From the IMG/VR virus record IMGVR_UViG_3300031994_000020: a DNA stretch of 64,000 nt; one strand, given 5' to 3'. Numbering within the stretch: the stretch's first letter is position 1; each line of letters starts with the position of its first letter. This DNA is from a virus (lineage: Duplodnaviria; Caudoviricetes). Below are positions 12,111 through 23,705 of this stretch, piece by piece. The translations under genes and the position numbers were made by a program. The notes under the pieces are model-generated. The model had not been told where the DNA came from and ran no database searches. It worked only from the letters and a program-made list of their open reading frames with translations.

Positions 12111-13328
12111 ATGAAGTTTGGTGTTAGAGAAATCGTTGACGTTGTCTTCAAGGCAGCGGATAATATGAGAATCGGAAACAAAACTTTCAAAAAGTATCAA
12201 CCTGTATTTATGATTGATACAGCTACAACTTCCTCACTTGAACAAGCAACAACTACCGTATATGCACAAGGTGGTAAAGGTTATAGCCGTTTAATCGCTT
12301 GGGAAGGTGAGAAAACAATGACCTTCACTGTTACTGATGCTCTTATGTCTCCTATGGGACTTGCAGTTTTAACAGGCGCTGGTCTTATTAATCCTGACAA
12401 GACAAATCAGGCTCATGTACATACAACATTAAATGTAGTTACTAATGCAAGTGGTGAAGCTACTGTTTCTGTAGATGATCTTAATGAAGAATATGGATTA
12501 AATGCAGAAGATTATGTAATCTGCAATGCAATAGAAAAGTATGCTACAGAACTTGATGGATCTGGTGCTGGTATTGAATGGTTTGATAAAGTTTCTATAA
12601 AGGATGCTACTGGGGATTATGTTCACATTAGTAAAGCACAGGGTGAAACTCCTAATGCTACATTTGTTATTAATGGAGCTGCAAATACCACTGTTCAGCT
12701 TGACTTCTATGTAATTATGAATAATAGTGTAACAGAAGTTCAGATTGAGCCAGGTAGCTTTGGTGGATATTTCTATGTAGAAGCTCAGACATTATTCAGA
12801 CGTGAAGATACCGGTAAGGATATGGCTGCAGAACTTATTATTCCTAAAGCTAAGGTACAGTCAGCGTTTACATTTACAATGGCTGCATCTGGAGATCCTT
12901 CTACATTTGATTTCGTTATGGATGCTATGCCTGGTTACACAAGATTTGATTCTACTAAGAAACAAATGTGTGTAATTCAGATCGTAGGTGATGACAAGAA
13001 AGCTGTTAATGATGTTGGTGCTCATACACATGAGACTCAAACAGAAATAGATTCACCTTCTTGGGAGGAATCTCCTGAACCTACAACTTATACAGTTACA
13101 CAGAACCTTACAAATGTAACAAGTTCTTTCTCAGGCAATTCAGTTAATGCAGGTGCTGCCTTTACTGCAACACTTACTGCTGAGACAGGATATACAATGG
13201 ATGCAGTTACAGTAACAATGGGCGGAACTGATATATCAAGCACCGCTTGGGACGAAACTGCAAGTAAAGTTACTATCGCAGAAGCAACAGGTAATATAGT
13301 TATTACCGCAGCTGCTACTGAGGAATAA
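12111..13328 (+). CDS. Major tail tube protein with C-terminal Ig-like extension
   Basis: VYAQGGKG..LIAWEGEK, FTFTMAASGDPSTFDF, Thr-rich beta C-terminal domain. All 4 Trp are TGG. Terminator follows. Confidence 0.75.
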   Translation: MKFGVREIVDVVFKAADNMRIGNKTFKKYQPVFMIDTATTSSLEQATTTVYAQGGKGYSRLIAWEGEKTMTFTVTDALMSPMGLAVLTGAGLINPDKTNQAHVHTTLNVVTNASGEATVSVDDLNEEYGLNAEDYVICNAIEKYATELDGSGAGIEWFDKVSIKDATGDYVHISKAQGETPNATFVINGAANTTVQLDFYVIMNNSVTEVQIEPGSFGGYFYVEAQTLFRREDTGKDMAAELIIPKAKVQSAFTFTMAASGDPSTFDFVMDAMPGYTRFDSTKKQMCVIQIVGDDKKAVNDVGAHTHETQTEIDSPSWEESPEPTTYTVTQNLTNVTSSFSGNSVNAGAAFTATLTAETGYTMDAVTVTMGGTDISSTAWDETASKVTIAEATGNIVITAAATEE

Positions 13329-13342
13329 TTATAAAAAATATG

Positions 13343-13378
13343 ATGCGGGAGGCGGAAGTCTCCCGCATTTTTTGTTTA
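13343..13378 (+). terminator. Rho-independent terminator
   Basis: ATGCGGGAG/CTCCCGCAT stem plus TTTTTGTTT. Confidence 0.8.
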
Positions 13379-13398
13379 TATGAAAAGAGGTGAGATTC

Positions 13399-14553
13399 AT
13401 GGACCTTGTTATTGATATATATTCAATAGATGCAAATTCAATAAATATAAATGATGTAACTTTAAAAGAATTAATGAATAGATTAGAAAATAATATAGCA
13501 GAAGAATCAATTCCTTTTTTAAAAATGGATTGGCAATATTTAAGAATTGCCGCTGCTAATTTTTTAGGAGGAGAAAGAAGATTAGATAATTTAAATAAAG
13601 TAAATGATTTTTCTAAATTAAAAAGAATGTTATATAATACTGATCCAGAAAAAGGAACTGTTTTTTCTAAATATGCTAATATAAGGCAAAAAACTGATGA
13701 GCAAATAATTTTACAATCAAAATATTTATTAGCGAGAGAATTTGAAAAATATTTAGATTCATATAGAGGCAAACAGAAGGCTCGAAAAATGGTATTAGTA
13801 CATGAAGATAATGAAAATAAACAAATAAGAAGTTATCAAATTGATTTTCCAGATATAGTATTATATGCTGATAAATCAGGGAATATTAGTACAGCTGGAT
13901 TATTAGCTAAATTAGAATCTGAAAAAGATAGCTATATTTTAGAATCTAATACAGAAAATAAAAAGCAAGAAGATCTTGTTGCTGCAGGTAATGATGCTTA
14001 TTTTGAAGTTAAAGATAGATTACATAATTTTTATAAAAAATATGGTAAACAAGCAGGTATTCCAGAAGGTATAGGTATTTTAATGTAGAAAATAGGAAAA
14101 AATTAGCACACAGCAAGAGTATTAAATAAAGGAGATCAAAAAGAAGCTTATGTTGCATTTATAATGTCTAATGAAGATCCTTATAAAATTCCTATTCGTA
14201 CTAGAAATAGTAATATGCATAAATTTATTCAATATTATTATAATAATTATTTATCTAAAATTACTAATTTAGCTGCAATAATTGAAGAAGATGTTGTTAC
14301 TAAAGATAAAGAGCTAGGCGTTAAAGGAGCGGGGGCAAATTTGCCGAGCTTAATTCAATATGAAAAAGTGGCTGCTTAGATTTTATCTCAAGAGCAACCA
14401 TTATCTAGAGAAGAATTAGAATTCGCTTTAAGAAATGATAAAACTTTAGGTAAGGATGTAGAAAGAAATATAGAATTTGATATAAAAGGAACAAGTTTAA
14501 AAATAGTAGCTCAAGAATTATTTAAAGAATTAAAAGCAAGAAAAAAAATTTGA
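13399..14553 (+). CDS. Hypothetical protein (3 TAG)
   Basis: GAGGTG RBS. Fragments 13390 and 14164 join through TAG at 14086, 14104, 14377 to TGA 14551. Confidence 0.6.
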
Positions 14554-14578
14554 CATATTAAAAAAAATATGTTATAAT
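14550..14578 (+). promoter_or_regulatory. SigA-type promoter
   Basis: TTGACA-17 nt-TATAAT with extended TG. Confidence 0.8.
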
Positions 14579-14609
14579 ATAAAAAAGGAAATAAAAGGAG
14601 GATATTGCT

Positions 14610-15134
14610 ATGCAATATAAAGATTTGGGTTTAAAAATAAATAATGATATAATATCTTTTAAATTTGGAGATAAAGAAATTAAAGTAAAGAAATATCTCC
14701 CTGTAGAAGATAAATATGATATTGCCATGATTACGCTTCAGAAATCTGCGGAAAATGGTATATTTAACCCTATTAAACTTGATATATTTTATCATCTTAA
14801 TTTAATTTATGCTTATACTGATCTTGAGTTTTCTGCGGAAGATAGAGAGGATGAATTAAAACTTTTTGATGAGTTAGAAAGTTCCGGTTTTATGGATGAA
14901 TTTTTAAAAGTTATTGATGAAAATGAATATAAGAGTATTCTCGAAAATATAGGGGACCTTGAATGGTCTTTAACCGATTATAATAAATCAGCGGCTTCAG
15001 TCTTTAAGAGCTTTATTGAAGATCTTCCTGCAAATGCGGAGGCCGCGCAGGCAATAGTTGATAATTTCAATCCTGAAAAGTATCAAGCTGTTGTTGATTT
15101 TGCAAAAGCAGCCAACGGAAATCGTCCTATTTGA
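14610..15134 (+). CDS. Putative tail assembly chaperone
   Basis: Intact acidic ORF immediately before the tape measure gene. Confidence 0.55.
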   Translation: MQYKDLGLKINNDIISFKFGDKEIKVKKYLPVEDKYDIAMITLQKSAENGIFNPIKLDIFYHLNLIYAYTDLEFSAEDREDELKLFDELESSGFMDEFLKVIDENEYKSILENIGDLEWSLTDYNKSAASVFKSFIEDLPANAEAAQAIVDNFNPEKYQAVVDFAKAANGNRPI

Positions 15135-15156
15135 TAAGGTCAAAATGAATTAATAG

Positions 15157-15200
15157 ATAAACCCTCGTTATTATATAATATAACGAGGGTTTATTTTTGT
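15157..15200 (+). terminator. Hairpin/terminator overlapping a late-promoter motif
   Basis: ATAAACCCTCGTTA/TAACGAGGGTTTAT inverted repeat plus T tract. Confidence 0.65.
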
Positions 15201-15231
15201 TTTGAAGAAAACAATAGGAGGTATAAGGATT

Positions 15232-18200
15232 ATGGCAGGAAAAAATCGTATAGATTTTCAACTTGGTTTTACAGTTGACAAATCTGGATTAGAGCAGATG
15301 CAATCTCTTTTCCAACAAATTGCCAATAAAGCAAAAGAGCCTGGTAATCAATTAAATACAGGTTTACAACAGGCAGCTAAAACTGCTACTACCCTTGATG
15401 GAATATTAGAAAAGACTTTTAATACCGAACTTGGTAGTTTAAATGTAACAAAATTTAATCAAGAAATGTCTAAAGCTGGTTTGACATTAAAAGGAGTTAA
15501 ATCAGACCTTTCTAATGCGGGAAATCAAGGAGCTACCGCATTTAATAGATTATCTCAAGCTATATTGGGAACAAATTTACAATTAAAGCAATCTAATCAA
15601 ACATTAGATAAAATGTTCGTTACATTAAAGAATACTATTAGATATGGTATATCAAGTAGTTTATTTAATAATGTAGTAGGGGCAATAGAGAAAGCATATA
15701 GTTATAGTAGAGATTTAAATACATCATTAAATGATATTAGAATAGTAACAGATAAATCTGCGGAAAGCATGGCTAAGTTTGCGGAGGAGGCGAATAGTGC
15801 CGCTAAGGGTCTCGGTGCAAGTACTTTAGACTATACTAATGCTTCTTTGATTTACTATCAACAGGGTCTTGCTGATGCGGAGGTTCAAGCAAGAACTGAA
15901 ACAACATTAAAGGCAGCAAACATTACAAGTCAGTCTGCAGCTGAGGTATCTGAACAGCTCACCGCTGTGTAGAATGGTTATAAAGTAAGTGCGGAAGAGA
16001 CTGAGCTTTATGTTGATAAACTTGCGGCTGTGGCAGCAACAACCGCCGCAGATTTGGAAGAATTATCAACTGGTATGTCAAAGGTAGCATCTGCCGCGAA
16101 CGCAATGGGTGTTGATTTTGATGACTTAAATGCTCAGATTGCTACTATTGTTTCTGTAACTAAACAGGCTCCTGAATCAGTTGGTACTGCATTAAAGACT
16201 ATCTATGCTCGTTTAGGCGATTTAAAAGTTGATGGTATAGATGAGTTTGGCGTAAAACTTGGTGAAGTATCTAGTCAGTTACAGACTATGGGCATTCAAA
16301 TACTTGATCAAAATGGAAATATGAGAGATATGACCTCTATTATGACAGAGGTTGCAGATAAATGGAATACATGGACTGAAGCTCAAAGACAAGCTGCAGC
16401 AGTTGCTATGGCTGGTAAGAGACAGTATAATAACTTAGTTGCTTTATTTGATAACTGGGATATGTATTCAGATGCTTTAGAAACTTCAGCAGATGCTATG
16501 GGAACATTACAGCATCAACAAGATATTTATATGGAGTCTACTGAAGCTAAATTACAGAAATTAAAGACTACATGGCAAGAGTTATATGGTGATTTAATAG
16601 ATACTGATGAACTTAATGGCGGAATTGAAGCTATTACTAATTTAGTAAAAGTACTTGATAATTTTGTTGCTTCTTTTGGTGGTGGTCTTAAGAGTATCGC
16701 TGGATTTGGTGCTATTCTTGCTAATATATTTAATAAGCAAATTTCTGAATCTATTATACAAGCTAATCAAAGAGCAGAAGTATTTAAGCAGAATTTAAAT
16801 GCTCTACAAGCAAAAAAAGATATGATTGATCTTGGGAAAATGGATTCTTCTGGAAGCACTATGAGAGATCAAGCATCTGCTGAAAATACTAAGATTCAAT
16901 TAGAATATGCAAAGCAAATATATGATGTTCGTGTAGGATTAAATTCTGAAGAATATAATAATTTAACTTTAATGCAACAAGAACTTGGTCAATTAGTTGA
17001 ACAAGTAAGATATTCTGAATTAGCTACTGCAAATAAAGAGAAGTCTATTTTAGGAGAAGAAAAAACTCTTAGCTTATTGACTGAAGAACAAAATATAGTT
17101 CAAAATCTTTTAGATGAAACAGCAGAACAATATAATATTCAATTAAAACAAGTATCCAAACAAGAAGAATTAGTAAATAAGTTAGATGAACAAGTTCAAA
17201 GATCAATTGATTTAAAAGAGAATACGCAAGCATAGGGCGGATATAAAACTCAAATTTTAAAGATAGCAGAGCAAATTGGTGATGAAGAATAGAAGGCTGT
17301 TTCTAATATATTAAATGGTGTTAAAGCTGGTCAAATAAATAAAGATATAAAAGAGAAAATTTTAACTGCTTGTAGTAAACAATATGAAAAAGAATCTGAA
17401 ATTCTTACTAAAATAGAAGCTGAAATGGAGGCTGAACAAAGAGTTTTAGATGTAAGAGAACAAAATGCTCAATTAAAAGATAAAGAGATTAATTTACAAC
17501 AAGAATTAAATAATAAAATAGAACAAGCTGGAAAAAATGAGAAAATTACGCAAGTAATAGTTGGTATTACCTCTGCTCTTGGTAATATGGCAATGGCTTG
17601 GAGTTCTATTAATTCTTTAATAGCTACATAGGAAGATGAATCGGCTTCTTTTGGTGATAAGTTAACTCAAAGTTTAATGACTTTAGGTTTTACATTACCT
17701 ATGATAATATCTTCTTTTTCTAAATTAAGAGAAACTATGAAATTAAATTCTGTTTTTGAAGTTTTAAAGACAAAAATAGAAGGTGTAATTTTAGCAAAAG
17801 AAGCTTCAGCTTTAGCAGAGAAGAAAGAAACTTTAGAAATAGAGAAAAATACTGCATAGCAAGCATATAATGAAGCAGCGGAACAAGGTCGCGCAGACGC
17901 TGCAATTTTAGAAGAAGCAGCTATTGAAAAAACAACAGCTGCAAATGCTGCTAATACAGCATCTTTAGAAGCAGATGCTGCTGTAAAAGAGAAAAATATT
18001 GCTATAACTAAACTTTAGAATAATACTTTATTAGCAAGTCCATTATTTTAGTTTGTAGGCATTGTGGGTGGAATTATAACAGCTCTTGTTGCGTATAATG
18101 AGCATTTAAAAAAAGTAAGAGAAGAACAAATTAAAAATAATCAAGAAGAAATTGATGTTATTAAAAGTAAACAAGAAGAAATTAAAGTTAATAATGAATT

Positions 18201-21200
18201 AGTTGATTCTTATATGAAATTATATAAAACTTATGAAGAAACAGGAAATAATAAAGAAGAATTATATAATAAAAGTTTAGAATTAATTGATTTATATAAC
18301 ATTGAAAATGGTAGAATTTTAGCTTTAAGTGGAAATTATAAAGAATTAGCTCAAAGAATAAGAGAAGCTAGTAAAGAAAGTTTAGAATCAGATATAAATA
18401 GTGCAAAAGTAGCAGCAGGAGATATTGCTGAAAATATTGTTCTAAAAGATGTTAATAATAAAAGTACTCCAGGACATGAAGTAGAAAATGATTTAGTAAT
18501 GGGATATACTGGAGATTTTGATAATATATATAGAGAAAGCGCTGAAAAAATATTTAAAGATAATGCTCATGCAATTTTTTCTGATGGTGGAGCTTCTTTA
18601 CAGTTATCTTATAATAAAGATGATTTTAAAGATATATATACTTATACTCAAGATATTACTAATGCAATAGAATATTTAGAAGCTAGATATACTAAAGCAG
18701 AATTATCTGGAAGTTCATTTTATAAGACTTTAAAAGAACAACAAAAAAGTTTTTCAGAAGATATTGATGAATTAGAAAATCAAGTAGATCTTATTTATTC
18801 TAAATCTGTAGATAAGGCTTTTTCTGGTATAGATTTTAATGAATTAAAAAATAATTCAAAGGACACTTTTGTTGATTTTGAAAAATTATATGATAAAGTT
18901 AAAGAAATTAGAAATGAATTAAGTGGAGAAATACCTGAAGATAGTATTGATAAATATATTAATAAAGTATTATCAAGCTATGAACAAATACCTGCTGATT
19001 TTACTTCAAAGTTAGATATTATAAATAAATTTTTAGAGTCAAATCCTTTAGATGTAGAAATTGAAATAAATGAAAAAGAGTTAGTTAAAGAAATAGATAA
19101 ATTAAATGATAAACAATTAGCATATTTAGCTGTTCATTTAGATTCTGCTATTTTAGATGGCGATTTAAAAAAATAGGTAAAAGATAATGAACCTATTTTA
19201 ACTTTTTATGAAAAAGCAGAAACTTCTAATAATATGCGAGATTTATTATCTGGTTATAAGGATAAAGAAGGTTTTGATACTGAAAAGAAAGATATCTTTT
19301 TTGGTAATGAAGAAAATGTTCAAAATTTAGGTGTTTCACAAGAGCAGTTTGATATTTTAGATCAAGGTCAACAATTACAAGTATTGACAGAAAAATAGAT
19401 TGAAAATACAAGAGCAACCGAAGATGCTAGAAAAGAAGCTGTAGATTCTACAGAAAAAAGAATAGAAGCTCTCCAAGATGAAGGCGGCGCTTACTATGAA
19501 GCGAGTAAAGCGCTTCAAGATTAGAAACAAAATTATGACGTTTCAGATACAATAGAAGAACAAATTGAAAAATCTGAAGAATTAAAAGGAAAATCTGAAG
19601 AATTAAAAGATGCTCTTATAGCATATTCTCAAGGTGTCGCAACTGAAACACAAAAGGGTTTAGTTGATAGTTATAGAGAGTTAATAAGTGCTAATGGAGA
19701 ATTAACAAAAGCTAATGATGAATTAGCTAAATCATATGGAAGAAATCTCTCTTATGGTAAAGAATTAGAAGATAGTTTTGATGAAGCAAATAAAGAATTA
19801 AATACTCAAGAATCTTTATTAGAAGAGGCAAAAAGTAGTGCTTTAAGTTATAAAGAGTCTATTGAATTATTAAGTAAAGCTACTGCAAATCATAATGCTA
19901 TTTTAGATGAAGTACAATCTAAATACAAAACTTTAATAGGTATTGTTGATGATTATAATGAAACTGGGAAATAGACATTAGATAACGTTCAAGCCTTAAT
20001 GGAAATGAGCGATCAGTATGTTGCTCAATTAGAATTTGAAGGTAATACTTTATCTTTAAATGAAGAAGGTTTTAAAGCATTAACATTAGCTAAAATTGAT
20101 GATTTAGTGGCAACTGAAAATTCAGCTTATGAACAAAAAGTTTTGGAATTAGCTCAAATTGCAGAATCTAATTCTACCGATGCAGCAGCACAAAAAACAG
20201 CTTTATTTACTCAGATGCTTCAAACATTGGGTCTTGTTTCTAGAGAAACTGCTAATGATATAATAAATTTAGATGCAGCAATAAAATTAATTGGAAAAGA
20301 AGGTTCTGATGAAACTAAAGCGGCATTAGATCAAGCTACTAAAGCACATGAAAATAGATTAAAAGCATTAGAGGATTTACGAAATCAAATTAACTCAAGT
20401 TCTGGCTCTGGCGGTTTACGTAAAGTAATGGGGGCAGGAGAAAAGAAATCTGGTTCTAGTAGTGGAAAAGATAAGCAGCAAGATCAAAAAGAATAGGATG
20501 ATGAATTTGACCGTTATTGGCAGATTAAGAAAGCCATTGATATGGTTGATAAAGCCATCTCCCGCCTTGATAAAGATCAAGAAAACCTCCATGGTAAAGA
20601 GCTTATTGCATCATTAAAACAAGAAAATCAACTCCTTCAAGAGCAAGCTAAAAATTATGAGACATTGTACGAAATGCAGAAACAGGAAGCGGAAGAGCTT
20701 CGCGCACAGCTCAGTACAATGGGACTTGCCTTTGACGCAAATGGCGCTATAACAAACTATGCGGCAGCCACTAGTGCAGCACTCGCGCAATATGCACAGG
20801 CAGTAGAGCAATATAATGCAGGACTCATAGATGAGACCACTTTTAAAGTTTTTGAAAAATCTTATGAAAACTTTAAGAAGTTGTTAGAAAGATATGATGC
20901 ATTATATTATACTGAGATGCAGGATACTCAAGATAAACTTGATGAAATGCGTCGTAAACAGTTAGAAAATAACCTTAAAGCATGGGAAGTTGAGATTCAG
21001 TTAAGGTTAGACACTACCAAGGCCCAGCGCGAATAGAATGATTTCTTAAAAGATATTAAACAAGATTTTAGAAAAGTATAGACTGATCTTACTATTGATT
21101 CTTCTTTTGATAGAGATAACTTTAAAGAGTATATGAAAGATGTTGACACCACATTAAAAGCAATTAAGGATGTAGAAGCTGAAATTGATAAAATGATGAA

Positions 21201-23595
21201 TGGTGGAGAGTCTGATATGTTTGAAAGTGTATCTCAGGCTCAAGAGAAACTGAAAGAATTACAAGAGCAGTTATTAGAGCAAGGTAAAGCATTATATGAA
21301 TTATATAAAGCCTTATAGCAAAATTATATTGATGGAATGGATCAAGTTAAAGATAAGTTTGATGAACTTATGAAGAGATATAAGCATCTTGATAATGAAC
21401 TTAAATTCCAGAAAGAACTTGTTGAATTAATATATGGTGATAAGGCATATGATTTAATGGATAAATATTATGAGACTCAAGAACATAATATAGAAGCTCA
21501 AATTGATTCTTTAAGACAGCAATCTGATTTTTGGCAAGAGCAATTTAATGAATCATATGAATTGGCTAAGAGAACCGGTGCAGACGTTAATCTTGATGAT
21601 TGGACTACATGGACTGAAGATATGAAGAAAGCCTATGATAATATGATTCAATCTCAAGAAGATTTAAATGATTTAGTTCTTGAGGGTGTTAAGATACTTC
21701 AGGATAAATACCTTAATTCCATTAATAAAATAATGGATGCTATGGATGAAGGTGTTTGGGGCAAGGGCGGATTTGATGAAATGAAATCTAATTAGGATTT
21801 CATGCAAAAGAAAGCTGATGAATTTCTTGATGATGTTCAAGGTATGTATAAGATTCAATCTTTTGCTAGTAAAATAGATGCCGATATTGCTAAAACTGCA
21901 AATGTTAAAAATCAACAGAAATTATTGAATTTTAGAGAGCAAGAAATAGACGCCTTAAGAGAGAAAGAAAATTTAACGCAGGCTGATTTAGATCTTGCGG
22001 AAGCCCGCTATCAAATAGCATTAAAAGAAATTGCCCTTGAAGAAGCTCAGAATAATAAAACGTCAATGAAGTTGACAAGAAATGAACAGGGTAATTAGTC
22101 TTATCAATATGTCGCTGATGAAGATGATGTAGCTGCAAAAGAACAAGATTTAGTAGACTCTTATGGTAATTTATATGAGTTAGCTAATAACTCCTATGAA
22201 CATAGTATGGAATTAGTTATGGAACTCTAGGAAGAAATGCAAGAAAAAATGGCAGAAGTAGCTAATGATACTACATTATCAGAAGAAGCAAAGAATCAAA
22301 AATTACTTGAAATACAAGAACAATATAGACCTTTAATGGAGGCTGCTGCAACGAATGCAGAAATCTATAAACAAGAGGCTATTGTTGCTACAAGCGCAAT
22401 TTTTGGTAAGAGTTGTGAATTAGACTTAAGTAATTATGAGCATTTAACATCTGAGCAAAAGAGACTTGTCGATGAATACAAAGAAGCTGCGGCAGGGGAC
22501 TATGAGCAACTTCGTACAGGTATTATTGAAGGATATTATCCTGCTTTAGCGGAAGCTTCAGAAACTACTTTTAGCAATACTAATATAAATTCTCAAACAA
22601 CTGCGGCAAATGTAATTAAAAGATAGGTTACTGATCCAGATAGCGTTCAAGCTGAAATAACTAAAGCTATAAAAAATATTAGTAAAGCAACTGAAGATTA
22701 TCAAAAACAACTTGATAAATTACAAGAAATAGCTGGTATAGATTTTAGTAAAATTGGTGACGCTATTGATGCAGTTGATCAAAAAATCAATGACATGAAT
22801 GATGATACTAAGAATCTTACTGATGATTCTAGTAATTATCTTGATGAATTGAGAAAATTACTTGAAGAAGTTGCAGAAGCATAGAAAGAAGTATCTGAGA
22901 AAATTCAAAATGCTAAGCGGGATATGGATGACTATGCGCAGGCAACGAGAGAAGCCAAAGCAGCTGAACAGCAGTTAGGTAATCCTCCTTCTAGCCCTGG
23001 AGGCCCTACTTCTAATAATAACGGTAATGGTGACGATAAAGATAAGACTAAAAATGGTGAAGTGAGAAAGAATTGGAAAATTCAAGATAGAATGACAGGA
23101 ACCATTTACGAAACAAAAACAAATGCAACTGAAGAAGAAGCAAATGATTGGTTTAGAGAGAGATCGAAAAATAGAGGAGATGGTAAGTAGCCTGAAATGG
23201 CGCAACCTTTCTTGTCTTCTTATCGCACTGGCGGTTATACAGGTGAGTAGGCTGATGATGGCGGACGTCTTGCAGTGCTTCATCAGAAAGAACTTGTTCT
23301 TAATGCTGATGATACAAAGAATTTCTTATCAGGTATTAATACTATAAGAGATTTAACTGCATTAAATGGTTCTATATCAAATGCTATTATAAGTGCAGTT
23401 GCGGGAATGGCTATGAACCTTGCGGGAGTCAATCCTGGAATTAGTGGTCAAGGATCTGGAACAGCAGCCGCCGCATCTAATACTTATAATATTACAGCAG
23501 AATTCCCTAACGCTTATAGTGCAGAAGAAATTAAACAAGCAATACTTGGTTTACCTAATTACGCATCACAATATGTTAATAGAAATGTAATTTAA
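15232..23595 (+). CDS. Tape measure protein (about 2787 aa; about 22 TAG)
   Basis: 13 ORF-track fragments share one frame and the gaps I read contain only TAG. TP901-type core (ESVGTALKTIYARL, AGKRQYN), long coiled coils, C-terminal TGGYTGE[TAG]..LAVLHQKELVLN. Confidence 0.9.
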
Positions 23596-23598
23596 AAT

Positions 23599-23632
23599 GA
23601 AGGAGGAGCGAAAGCTCCTCCTTTCTTTTTTT
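23599..23632 (+). terminator. Rho-independent terminator
   Basis: AAGGAGGAGC-GAAA-GCTCCTCCTT plus T tract. Confidence 0.85.
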
Positions 23633-23705
23633 GGTCTAAAAATTATAATAATATAAATATATTTTTTAAATACTTTATAAAGATATAAAAGGAGGGAGGA
23701 ATAAT

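Noticed and set aside
13040-13090. Programmed frameshift adding the Ig-like domain to the major tail protein
   Set aside because: The extension is already in frame; no stop or obvious slippery site.
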